NCBI GenBank assembly: GCA_949297445.1
Contig: CASFSS010000006.1
Location: 31,228 to 95,227 of the forward strand
Length of the DNA: 64,000 nucleotides
Reading direction: 5' to 3'
Source: an uncultured bacterium
GTDB lineage: Bacteria; Bacillota_I; Bacilli_A; RFN20; CAG-826
The position numbers were made by a program, and so were the translations under genes. Under the pieces are notes generated by a model, which made no database searches, had not been told where the DNA came from, and saw nothing but the letters and a program-made list of their open reading frames with translations. This document shows positions 28,236-36,643 of the stretch, piece by piece (positions within the stretch are counted from its first letter, which is position 1; each line of letters starts with the position of its first letter).

Positions 28236-29362
28236 AAGTTTTACTAGGTTTGAGTGGTGGTGTCGATAGTGCTGTTGCCCTCTATTTGCTTTTAAAAGAA
28301 GGCTATGAGGTCGAGGCCTGCTTTATGCGCAACTGGGACGCCTTGGCCAATAATGATTATTTGGGTAATCCGACAATAAATGATGACATATGTCCGCAAG
28401 AGCAGGATTATCAAGACGCTTTAGCGGTCGCTAATCTTTTCGATGTTAAACTGCATCGCGTCGATTTTGTCAAAGAATATTGGGATAATGTGTTCGCTTT
28501 TTTTCTTGCGGAATATGAATGCGGAAGAACACCAAATCCAGACATTTTATGTAATAAATATATTAAGTTTGATGCTTTCTTGAAATACGCTAAAGAACAT
28601 GGCTTTGATAAGATAGCCATGGGTCATTATGCGGATATAACCTTATATAACAACCATTACTACATTAAAAAATGTCTTGATGAGACAAAAGATCAAACAT
28701 ATTTTTTATCCGAATTAAATGAAGAACAAATTAAGACGGCACTTTTTCCTTTAGGAAAGTTAACTAAAAAAGATGTGCGACAAATTGCTAAAAAGTTACA
28801 AATACCAATTGCCGACAAAAAAGATTCGACGGGTATCTGTTTTATTGGCGAACGTGAGTTTCGTTCTTTTTTAGAAAATTATATACCGGCAAAAACTGGC
28901 GATATTATCGACATGAAAACCGGCAATAAAATTGGTCAACATCGTGGAGTATTTTATTATACAATCGGCCAACATCGTGGACTTGGCATCGGAGGTATCC
29001 ACGGCCAAGAAGCGAAAGGCTGGTACATCGTGAAAAAAGATGTTCTTAAAAACATTTTATATGTGCAAAGTGGGGATGAAGAAAAATATCTCTATTCCGA
29101 TGAGGCACTCATAAAAAACATCAGTTATATCGATATAAACGATTTATCAACATCTAATGATGTCTACGTGAAATTCCGCTACCGGCAAAAAGATATTCCA
29201 GCAAAAATTGCGATGGTTGACAATAATACTTTACGATTATCATATGCGCCATTTAAAGCGGTGACACCTGGGCAAGAAGCGGTGATATACGCAAACGATG
29301 GTCGTTTGATTGCTAGCGGTAGAATTGATGCGACCTATCGAGAAGGTCGTCTCGTTAGCTAA
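28232..29362 (+). CDS. mnmA: tRNA-specific 2-thiouridylase MnmA
   Basis: GLSGGVDS PP-loop, CNKYIKF and DQTYFL motifs. 376 aa. Confidence 0.95.
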   Translation: MKVLLGLSGGVDSAVALYLLLKEGYEVEACFMRNWDALANNDYLGNPTINDDICPQEQDYQDALAVANLFDVKLHRVDFVKEYWDNVFAFFLAEYECGRTPNPDILCNKYIKFDAFLKYAKEHGFDKIAMGHYADITLYNNHYYIKKCLDETKDQTYFLSELNEEQIKTALFPLGKLTKKDVRQIAKKLQIPIADKKDSTGICFIGEREFRSFLENYIPAKTGDIIDMKTGNKIGQHRGVFYYTIGQHRGLGIGGIHGQEAKGWYIVKKDVLKNILYVQSGDEEKYLYSDEALIKNISYIDINDLSTSNDVYVKFRYRQKDIPAKIAMVDNNTLRLSYAPFKAVTPGQEAVIYANDGRLIASGRIDATYREGRLVS

Positions 29363-30156
29363 GCAAGTAACATTGTGTCGCTCATTTCTTTTGTGGCGAG
29401 CGAATTAAATTTTTCGAGCAAATCAGCGACAGTGAGTCGCTTTTTTTCTTCGCCGCTGGCTTCGAAAATTATCTTTCCTTCATCCATCATTATTAATCGA
29501 TTGCCATAACGAATAGCATCTTTCATATTGTGCGTTACCATTATTGTTGTAACTTGCATTTCATCGACAATTTTTTCAGTAAAATCCATGACTGTTTTAG
29601 CTGTTTTTGGATCTAATGCGGCAGTATGTTCATCGAGCAAGATTAATTTGGGATTATTGAAGGTTGCCATTAGTAGTGTTACCGATTGTCTCTCGCCGCC
29701 CGAGAAAGCCTCCATTCGTTCGTCGAGACGATTTTCTAATCCTAAGCCTAAGGGCGCTAGCATTTTTTTATAATCTTCTCTTTTTTTACGGCTATCCGAC
29801 CACTTTAAATTCAAATGTTTGCCACGTGAAAAAGCGAGGGCTAAATTTTGGCTCAAACTCATTTCACTGACGCTTCCTTGTTTAGGATCTTGAAAGACTC
29901 GCGAAATATAAGCGGCTCTTTTATGCTCTTTTAATTTTAATAAATTAATATCATCCAATCTAATTTCACCTAAATCCGGTACGATTTTACCGGCAATGAC
30001 GTTCAACAGAGTTGATTTACCAGAACCGTTTGAGCCTATAATTGTGACAAAATCGCCATCATTAATCCTTAAATTAATGCCTTTTAAAGCATAACGATCA
30101 TTTTTAGGATTATTATCGAGCATGAAAGTTTTATGAATATTATTTAATGTTAACAT
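29359..30156 (-). CDS. ABC transporter ATP-binding protein (putative Trp/Tyr-type uptake system)
   Basis: Walker A GSNGSGKST, signature FSGGERQ, Walker B LLDEHT. Last gene of a three-gene operon. Confidence 0.9.
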   Translation of the reverse strand: MLTLNNIHKTFMLDNNPKNDRYALKGINLRINDGDFVTIIGSNGSGKSTLLNVIAGKIVPDLGEIRLDDINLLKLKEHKRAAYISRVFQDPKQGSVSEMSLSQNLALAFSRGKHLNLKWSDSRKKREDYKKMLAPLGLGLENRLDERMEAFSGGERQSVTLLMATFNNPKLILLDEHTAALDPKTAKTVMDFTEKIVDEMQVTTIMVTHNMKDAIRYGNRLIMMDEGKIIFEASGEEKKRLTVADLLEKFNSLATKEMSDTMLLA

Positions 30157-31084
30157 CTCGATACCTCCTTTTTCTATTTTGCTTACTTTTAAAGTAAAAC
30201 ACTAATTCAGGAATGACCATCACCAAAACGATTATGGCAGCTTGAACAGCGTATTGATAAGAAGTATTAAACCCTTTAATTGATAAAATGAGCGATAGAA
30301 GCAACCAATAAACATATCCGCCGACTGTAACGGCAATAAGATGCACTTTGAAAGTCTTCGGATTAAAGATAACTTCCCCTAAAAAGACGATTGCTAAACC
30401 AATCACGATTGATCCTTTACCAGTTGTGGAAGTAATCGATTGATTATATTGTCCGAGCAAAGAGCCCGCTAACGCAATTAAAAGAGAAGAAATGGCCATG
30501 CCGATTATCTTCATTAAATCGACATTGATTCCTTGGGCTTTGGCCATAGTTTCGTTTTTGCCGGTCGCTCTTATTGCAACACCTAAATTTGTACCAAAGA
30601 ACCAGTATAAAGCGCCGGAAACTATCGCGATGACAATTAATAAAATTATTGTTGTACCTAAAAAGTTTCCCCAAAACACATTGCCCATTGCGCCTATCAA
30701 GGCGTTGGACAGCCCGCTATAAATTGTCTCTTTATCTTGATTTAATGCTAAATACCCATTGCTTAGTACAACTATAAATGAGACCAAAGCCGTCATCATA
30801 ACAATGCCGGATAATAGTGGTGGCAACTTTAGAAAAGTTGATAGCGAAGAGGTAATCATGCCTAATATGACGCCAGCAAGGCAAGAAATTAATAAGGCCA
30901 CAATGGCCGGCACGCCAGCGTTTATTAGAAGAATGGTAATAACCGCCGATAAAGGCATTACGCTTTCGACGCTCAAATCGGCAATGTCTAAGAGGCGAAA
31001 GGCAACAAAAACGCCCAAGCCGAAGACCGCCCAAATCAATCCTAATTCAATCGGATTAGTAAAAATATAACGCAATATGTCCAT
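30140..31084 (-). CDS. ABC transporter permease (BPD_transp_2-like)
   Basis: 314 aa with about 9 hydrophobic segments. Lies between the binding-protein and ATPase genes and overlaps the ATPase start. Confidence 0.88.
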   Translation of the reverse strand: MDILRYIFTNPIELGLIWAVFGLGVFVAFRLLDIADLSVESVMPLSAVITILLINAGVPAIVALLISCLAGVILGMITSSLSTFLKLPPLLSGIVMMTALVSFIVVLSNGYLALNQDKETIYSGLSNALIGAMGNVFWGNFLGTTIILLIVIAIVSGALYWFFGTNLGVAIRATGKNETMAKAQGINVDLMKIIGMAISSLLIALAGSLLGQYNQSITSTTGKGSIVIGLAIVFLGEVIFNPKTFKVHLIAVTVGGYVYWLLLSLILSIKGFNTSYQYAVQAAIIVLVMVIPELVFYFKSKQNRKRRYRDVNIK

Positions 31085-31086
31085 TT

Positions 31087-32079
31087 TTAAATTATTTCAT
31101 CGGCTACCGCCAATAAAGAGGCTGGTAGCTCGATTCCCCACGCAGTTGCCAATGTTTGATTCACCGATAGCAAGCAATCAGTTTGAAAGTATACAGGAAT
31201 ATCACCGGGTTTTTTGCCGTTTAGTATCTCTAGAGCAATTTCTCCAACTGCCTGCCCTAATTTGAGATAATCAACGCCTAATGACAAAATGCCTGCGCCA
31301 GAAAGTTGGTTGCTTTCACCAACTAATACAATCGGTTTATTTGACGAAGCGTCGATGGCAGCTTTTACCTCGTTGATTGAACTCGCAATCAAATTGTCGG
31401 TTGGAATATATAGCGCGTCGATTCCTTCATTTAATAAAGCACCTATATTTAATTTTGTTTCATTGACCGATGTAAAGGATCTCTCTACCCACGTCCAGCC
31501 ATTCTCTTCGATAGTTGCCTTGGCTAGATTAATTTGTTGGATAGAATTGCTCTCGCTAGCATTAAATGCTAAACCAACTTTTTCAATTTTATCGCCAAAA
31601 TATGTTTCTAATAGGCTAATGGCTTCTTCGACTGGTCCCATATCGGAAGCACCAGTTACATTCGCACCGGGATGATTATTATCTTCGACCAAACCAGCAT
31701 CGATTGGATCGGTGACGGCAGAAAACAAAACAGGTGTCGTTTTTCCGCTTCTTTTAACAGCATTTTTTAAACCGACCGAGGCGTCGGTAGCAATGCCGAG
31801 CAATAAATCCGAATTGCTCGTTAAATTAGCGGCCATTGTCTGCAAAATATTCAAATCACCTTCTGGATTTTGGGTATTGAAGACAATTTTTTGTCCGTCA
31901 ATTTCGCCCGCTTCGTTTAAGACCTCTTGAAAACCTTGATTAACTTGACTAAGCGCCGGATGGGTGGCAAGTTGTAAGATTCCAATGTCAATTGTGTCTG
32001 CATCGTTGCAAGATGTTAGTGGTACAACCAAAGCGATAAGAGTTGAGGCCACAAGTGTTGCTTTGAGTTTGTTTTTCAT
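31087..32079 (-). CDS. ABC transporter substrate-binding lipoprotein, PF04392 family (KEGG K01989-type, putative tryptophan/tyrosine binding protein)
   Basis: Signal peptide with lipobox PLTSC. Family-typical IGILQLATHPAL, LLLGIATDAS, VLFSAVTDP, NVTGASD and IPTDN blocks. AAGGAG ribosome-binding site. Confidence 0.85.
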   Translation of the reverse strand: MKNKLKATLVASTLIALVVPLTSCNDADTIDIGILQLATHPALSQVNQGFQEVLNEAGEIDGQKIVFNTQNPEGDLNILQTMAANLTSNSDLLLGIATDASVGLKNAVKRSGKTTPVLFSAVTDPIDAGLVEDNNHPGANVTGASDMGPVEEAISLLETYFGDKIEKVGLAFNASESNSIQQINLAKATIEENGWTWVERSFTSVNETKLNIGALLNEGIDALYIPTDNLIASSINEVKAAIDASSNKPIVLVGESNQLSGAGILSLGVDYLKLGQAVGEIALEILNGKKPGDIPVYFQTDCLLSVNQTLATAWGIELPASLLAVADEII

Positions 32080-32099
32080 ATTTTTCTCCTTTTAATAAA

Positions 32100-32130
32100 T
32101 AAAAACCCAAGTATCGTAGGACACCTGGGT
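32100..32130 (-). terminator. attenuator terminator in the leader of the ABC importer operon
   Basis: On the minus strand, ACCCAGGTGTC-CTAC-GATACTTGGGT (11 bp including G-U pairs) followed by TTTTTATTTATT. It ends about 20 nt before the ribosome-binding site of the binding-protein gene. Confidence 0.8.
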
Positions 32131-32195
32131 ATCATATGTTAACTATTGACTGTCCGGGTATCCTAACGGGGAATACCCAAACCAAGAAAAAGGCT

Positions 32196-32282
32196 TTAGA
32201 GTATTACACCCTCCTTTTGGCAATAGTAATAATAGTAGTACGCGCTGATGGGTAATACGCTAAAGCAATTATTGTTCATCAT
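32196..32282 (-). CDS. leader peptide with six consecutive tyrosine codons (MMNNNCFSVLPISAYYYYYYCQKEGVIL)
   Basis: 28 codons plus TAA, too short for the ORF track. AGGAGG lies 5 nt upstream of the first ATG. The Tyr run TAC TAC TAT TAT TAC TAT is at 32223-32240. The ORF sits between a promoter and the attenuator terminator. Confidence 0.7.
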   Translation of the reverse strand: MMNNNCFSVLPISAYYYYYYCQKEGVIL

Positions 32283-32306
32283 TGTTTCCTCCTATTGAAT
32301 GAAGAT

Positions 32307-32335
32307 ATTAAAGCAAATATTAAATTTTTTGCCAA
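32307..32335 (-). promoter_or_regulatory. candidate promoter of the leader-peptide/ABC importer transcript
   Basis: On the minus strand, TTGGCA, a 17-nt spacer, then TTTAAT with a TGC extended -10. The predicted start is about 15-20 nt before the leader ATG. Confidence 0.5.
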
Positions 32336-32382
32336 GCATTTTTGCACGAAGTTAAAAAAATTTATTTTTCTATACTATCACG

Positions 32383-32582
32383 CGATTAAAAGTGCTATTA
32401 TTAGAAAGCATTGGAAGGAAAGAAGCCATTCCTGGCGAGCCACTCCTTCAACAAGCGACCAATCATCGCCGTCGGCTGCGTTAAGGCTAAAAAGAGCGTT
32501 TGCCAAAAGGAAAAACATGGTAAACGAAATAGGATGGTACCGCGATATAATCGTTCCTTACGAGGCGGTTTTTTATTTTTTT
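32383..32582 (+). promoter_or_regulatory. T-box riboswitch leader of alaS
   Basis: T-box sequence AAATAGGATGGTACCGCG (32527-32544). The antiterminator has helices AGGA/TCCT and GCGA/TCGT flanking a 7-nt UGGUACC bulge. F-box-like GCGTTA lies at 32478-32483. The competing terminator (ACCGC...TCGT-TCCTT-ACGA-G-GCGGT) is followed by TTTTTTATTTTTTT just before the alaS ribosome-binding site. Confidence 0.9.
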
Positions 32583-32595
32583 AGGAGGTCTTTAT

Positions 32596-35205
32596 ATGCA
32601 TTATCTATCGAGCAGTGAAATAAGACAAAAATGGTTAGAATTTTTTCAAAGCAAAGGTCACCACGTAGAAAAAGGAGCGTCATTAATTCCTTATGATGAT
32701 CCAACCTTATTGTGGATTAATTCCGGAGTTGCTGCGCTTAAAAAATACATGGATGGTCGTGAAGTGCCGCCAGCAAAGCGCATAGTTAACGTACAAAAAT
32801 CTATTCGCACCAACGATATGGATAATGTCGGATATACCTCAAGACATCATACGTTCTTCGAGATGCTCGGTTGCTTTTCAATCGGCGACTATTTTCGCAA
32901 GGAGATAATTGCGTGGGCAAGCGAAATATTAACTAGTAAAGATTACTTTGATTTAGATAAAGATAAAATTTATATTACGTATAATCCGAGCGACTTAGAA
33001 ACTAAACAATTGTGGATAGAACATGGTTTTGCGGCCAACCACTTGATTCCACTAGAAAATAACTATTGGCAAATTGGCGAAGGACCGTGTGGGCCGAATA
33101 CCGAAGTGTTTTATGATCGGGGCGAAAAATATGATCCAAACCATTTGGGTGTACGACTATTGCAAGAGGAAATTGAAAACGATCGTTACATCGAAATATG
33201 GGGAATCGTCTTTTCTCAATATAATGCCGTTAACGGACAAAAACGTTCTGAATATAAAGAATTACCTAATAAAAACATCGATACAGGTGCTGGTTTAGAG
33301 CGCATCGCTTCGATTATTCAGCAGACTGATACAAATTTTGAAACTGATTTATTTTTGCCAATCATTAAGCAAATTGAAACGATGACCAAGTGCCCATACA
33401 AAGGCGAACATCTAATTGCCTACCGAGTCATTGCCGACCATATTCGAGCCTTAACCTTCGCTTTGAGCGATGGCGAAATCTTTTCTAACGAAGGCCGCGG
33501 CTATGTATTAAGACGTTTACTTCGTCGAGCGATGCGTTACGGTTCGACATTAGGTATCAAAGAACCATTTTTATATAAACTAGTAAAAACAGTTATTGGA
33601 ATATATAAAGATTTTTATCCTGAATTAGTTGATCATCAAAAGGATGTTGAAAAAAACATCAAAGGTGAGGAAGAACGTTTTTTAAAAACGTTAGAAAAAG
33701 GTGAATCGATTTTAGCTGATCTTCTAAAAAAAGAGAAATTTATTTCTGGCCAAGATGCTTTTAAACTCTATGATACATACGGCTTCCCGCTCGATTTAAC
33801 GAAAGAAATATGTCGACAAAAAGGCGTTGAAGTCGATGAAAAAGAATTTGCGACCTTGATGCTCCATCAAAAAGAATTGGCCCGCTCATCCCGTGAGGTA
33901 GCCGATAGCATGCATCGTCAGTCGAGCGATTTGTTACATTTCGAAGAACCGAGCACCTTTTTGTACGATAAATTGACAATTAAAGCGCGCGTTATCGGTC
34001 TATTTATTAATGGAGAAGCTGTCGATAAAATAACATCGAACGGCGAAGCAATCTTTGATCGTACAACTTTTTATGCCGAAAGCGGTGGTCAAGTTTGTGA
34101 TAGTGGTGAAATTTATAACGCTTCTTTTAAAGCTGAAGTCGTCGCTGTCAACAAAGCTCCTAATAAGCAACACCTTCATTCCATAGTAGTCACGAAGGGG
34201 CAGCTAAATGTCGGCGATGAATGTACGCTTTCTGTCAATCGTGCTAACCGCAATTTAACCATGCGTAATCATACGGCGACCCACTTGTTGCAAGCAGCTA
34301 TTGAAAAGGTATTAGGTGTGCAGGTTAAGCAAATGGGTTCTTATGTTTCTAAGGATTACCTTCGTTTTGACTTTTCTTATTTAGATAAAATCAAAAAATC
34401 TGAACTTTCTGAAATTGAAACGCTCGTCAATCGTTGGGTTAGCGAAGCAATTCCTGTAAAAATTCGCAATATGCCAATCGAAGAAGCCTACACATTAGGC
34501 GCCAAACACTTCTTTATGGATAAATATGGCAAAGAAGTTCGTGTCGTCATTATCGGCGATGTCTCTAAGGAGTTCTGTGGAGGCACCCACCTAAAATGCA
34601 CTGATGAGATTGGTCTTTTTAAAATTGTCAGCGAATCGTCAATTGCCGCCGGAGTGCGTCGCATTGAAGCTCGCACCTCACTCAACGCGCTTGACTATAT
34701 TAAGGGCGAGGAAGAAATCATTAATAACGTTGCAACCTCTTTAAATGCAAAATCAAACGCCGAAATCGACGACCGCTTAAAAGTGTTTATGAAGGATAAT
34801 GAACAATTGAAGACCGCCAATCTATCTTTGATAGATAAGTTGTCCGTCGTTTACGCTAAAGCGCTAAAAGAAGACATTGAATATGTTGGTAAAACTGCCT
34901 ATTTATTCGTGCACTTGCCAAAAGAAAATCGCCCAACAATCACTAAAATAAGCGATGCCATGAAAAGCGCGTTTACCGATTATGTCTTTATTTTTGTCGG
35001 AGCAAGCGAGGAGCGTAATCCTCTTCTTGTCGCCGTTGGCGAAGAGACGATTAAGCGTGGTATTAATGCGAATTCCTTAATGAGCGCCATCAACCAAGTA
35101 TGTGGCGGGCATGGCGGTGGCAAACCGCATTTTGCCCAAGGTTCAATTCAAGATGTTCAAAACATTAATCAAGCGAAAAAATGCGTTAAGGATTTATTAT
35201 CATGA
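32596..35205 (+). CDS. alaS: alanine--tRNA ligase
   Basis: 869 aa with HHTFFEMLG, the editing-domain motifs HTATHLL and CGGTH, and a C-terminal DHHA1-like GGHGGGK. AGGAGG ribosome-binding site. Confidence 0.97.
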   Translation: MHYLSSSEIRQKWLEFFQSKGHHVEKGASLIPYDDPTLLWINSGVAALKKYMDGREVPPAKRIVNVQKSIRTNDMDNVGYTSRHHTFFEMLGCFSIGDYFRKEIIAWASEILTSKDYFDLDKDKIYITYNPSDLETKQLWIEHGFAANHLIPLENNYWQIGEGPCGPNTEVFYDRGEKYDPNHLGVRLLQEEIENDRYIEIWGIVFSQYNAVNGQKRSEYKELPNKNIDTGAGLERIASIIQQTDTNFETDLFLPIIKQIETMTKCPYKGEHLIAYRVIADHIRALTFALSDGEIFSNEGRGYVLRRLLRRAMRYGSTLGIKEPFLYKLVKTVIGIYKDFYPELVDHQKDVEKNIKGEEERFLKTLEKGESILADLLKKEKFISGQDAFKLYDTYGFPLDLTKEICRQKGVEVDEKEFATLMLHQKELARSSREVADSMHRQSSDLLHFEEPSTFLYDKLTIKARVIGLFINGEAVDKITSNGEAIFDRTTFYAESGGQVCDSGEIYNASFKAEVVAVNKAPNKQHLHSIVVTKGQLNVGDECTLSVNRANRNLTMRNHTATHLLQAAIEKVLGVQVKQMGSYVSKDYLRFDFSYLDKIKKSELSEIETLVNRWVSEAIPVKIRNMPIEEAYTLGAKHFFMDKYGKEVRVVIIGDVSKEFCGGTHLKCTDEIGLFKIVSESSIAAGVRRIEARTSLNALDYIKGEEEIINNVATSLNAKSNAEIDDRLKVFMKDNEQLKTANLSLIDKLSVVYAKALKEDIEYVGKTAYLFVHLPKENRPTITKISDAMKSAFTDYVFIFVGASEERNPLLVAVGEETIKRGINANSLMSAINQVCGGHGGGKPHFAQGSIQDVQNINQAKKCVKDLLS

Positions 35206-35657
35206 GCAAGATTATCGGTCTTGATTTAGGAACAAAAACCATTGGCTTTGCTATTAGCGACGCTTTAAATATTGCTGCTTATCCAGTCAAAACACTGACA
35301 TTTAAACGGTTAGATTATAATGAAGCGGCAGACATCGTAAATAATTTGTTTTCGGAATACGAAACAAATTTTGTAGTAATAGGTAATCCTCTACATTTAA
35401 GTGGCAAAGCGTCGTTTATGTCCAATAATGTTTTGACTTTTATCAATTTACTCAAAGAGAAAGCTCCTCAAGTGAAGATTGAATTAATTGATGAACGCTT
35501 TTCGACCATCAGCGCGACAAATTCCTTACACGAGGTAAATATGCATGGCAAAAAAGCTAAAGAGATTGTCGATGCAATCAGCGCTGCAATCATTTTGCAA
35601 ACATATCTCGACAAACTTAAAACTAAAGAAAAAGGAGACGAAAATCTGAATGAATAA
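35202..35657 (+). CDS. ruvX: Holliday junction resolvase-like pre-16S rRNA nuclease YqgF/RuvX
   Basis: IIGLDLGTKTIGFAISD N-terminus. 151 aa. Conserved position after alaS. Confidence 0.9.
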   Translation: MSKIIGLDLGTKTIGFAISDALNIAAYPVKTLTFKRLDYNEAADIVNNLFSEYETNFVVIGNPLHLSGKASFMSNNVLTFINLLKEKAPQVKIELIDERFSTISATNSLHEVNMHGKKAKEIVDAISAAIILQTYLDKLKTKEKGDENLNE

Positions 35658-35925
35658 TAAATATGACTCAATTGATTTAGACGACAATACACTCGTCGCT
35701 GAAATCGGTGGCGTAAAAAAAGTTTTTAATATTCTATTTTCTTATCATCACGATGAACGCAATAAAGACTATGTATTTATTGTTGAACCGGAGAACGAAG
35801 ATGATGTTTTGGTTTTTTCTTATGATGAAACTACTCATGAGCTTGCAGAAATTGAAGACGATGAGGAATTTTCTGAGGTCGAGGAAGTCTTCAACGCCTA
35901 TCTAGAAGATTTTCCGACCGAATAA
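35650..35925 (+). CDS. DUF1292 family protein (YrzB-like)
   Basis: 91 aa, acidic. The pattern F..L..........YV......E.....V..F...........E.I.D..E...V is typical of this family. Conserved position after ruvX. Confidence 0.8.
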   Translation: MNNKYDSIDLDDNTLVAEIGGVKKVFNILFSYHHDERNKDYVFIVEPENEDDVLVFSYDETTHELAEIEDDEEFSEVEEVFNAYLEDFPTE

Positions 35926-36031
35926 ATTTTCATTGCTTTATTTTTTGTCTTTGATAAGATATAGAAAAGTTGCTACTGTAGCCAAATCTCGCTCAAAGAC
36001 AACAACTCTATGAGGTTTTTTAAAAAACTTG

Positions 36032-36060
36032 TTTACAAGAAAAAATGTTCTTGTTAACAT
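36032..36060 (+). promoter_or_regulatory. candidate promoter of greA
   Basis: TTTACA, a 17-nt spacer, then TAACAT with a TGT extended -10. It lies 32 nt upstream of the greA ATG. Confidence 0.5.
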
Positions 36061-36092
36061 TACTTGCGTTATACGTAAAAGGAGACGAAAAA

Positions 36093-36572
36093 ATGGAAAA
36101 AATTATCCTTACTAAAGATGGTGTAAAAAAACTCGAAGCGGAATACCGTCATTTAATTGATGTTGAACGCCCGGAAGTAATTGAACAATTGACATTTGCT
36201 CGCGCTCAAGGTGACTTAAGTGAAAATGCCGACTATGATGCTGCTAGAACTAGACAAGCCGAGGTCGAGGGAAGAATTCGCGAAATCGAAAACATTTTAA
36301 ATAATGCTAAAATCGTCGATGCATCGCCGAAAAATAGCAAGGTGGTTACTCTCGGCTCATACGTCGAGGTTCGTAATTTGCGAAATAACAATACAACAAA
36401 ATATAAAATAGTTGGAACGGTGGAAGCAAATCCACTCGCCAATCCGCCTCAAATATCTAATGTTTCTCCTGTCGGTGAAGCTTTGATTGGACGTCGTGTA
36501 AACGATGTAGTGACAATCAAGACGAATAATCCTTACGACGTGGAAATCATTAAAATCGATCTAAACGCATAA
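36093..36572 (+). CDS. greA: transcription elongation factor GreA
   Basis: ILTKDGVKKLEAEYRHL... and GDLSENADYDAA motifs. I chose the ATG at 36093 (AAGGAG upstream); the track start at 36045 lies inside the promoter. Confidence 0.93.
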   Translation: MEKIILTKDGVKKLEAEYRHLIDVERPEVIEQLTFARAQGDLSENADYDAARTRQAEVEGRIREIENILNNAKIVDASPKNSKVVTLGSYVEVRNLRNNNTTKYKIVGTVEANPLANPPQISNVSPVGEALIGRRVNDVVTIKTNNPYDVEIIKIDLNA

Positions 36573-36587
36573 GAATTAAAAAACAAG

Positions 36588-36616
36588 AAAATGACCCATT
36601 TTGGGTCTTTTTTTAT
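36588..36616 (+). terminator. intrinsic terminator after greA
   Basis: GACCC-ATTTT-GGGTC flanked by an A-run and a T-run (AAAATGACCCATTTTGGGTCTTTTTTT). Confidence 0.8.
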
Positions 36617-36643
36617 ATTAAGAAGATAAAGGGGGGTGAAATT

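Noticed and set aside
32100-32290. Possibility that the ABC importer leader is a T-box or another known riboswitch
   Set aside because: There is no AGGGUGGUACCGCG-type T-box sequence or UGGN bulge (the closest match is only GGGTATTCCCCG). I recognised no purine, preQ1, ZTP or guanidine-type core. The translated Tyr-run ORF plus alternative helices explains the region better. A covariance-model scan is still advisable.
32475-32477. GCU triplet as the alaS T-box specifier
   Set aside because: It lies next to the F-box-like GCGUUA, which places it in the Stem II/IIA-B region downstream of Stem I. The GCG-A at 32455-32458 is better placed, although this is still tentative.
32295-32618. 107-aa + strand ORF in the alaS upstream region
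   Set aside because: It runs through the T-box leader, antiterminator and terminator and into the alaS start. It has no ribosome-binding site and its composition is non-protein-like. The RNA element explains the region.
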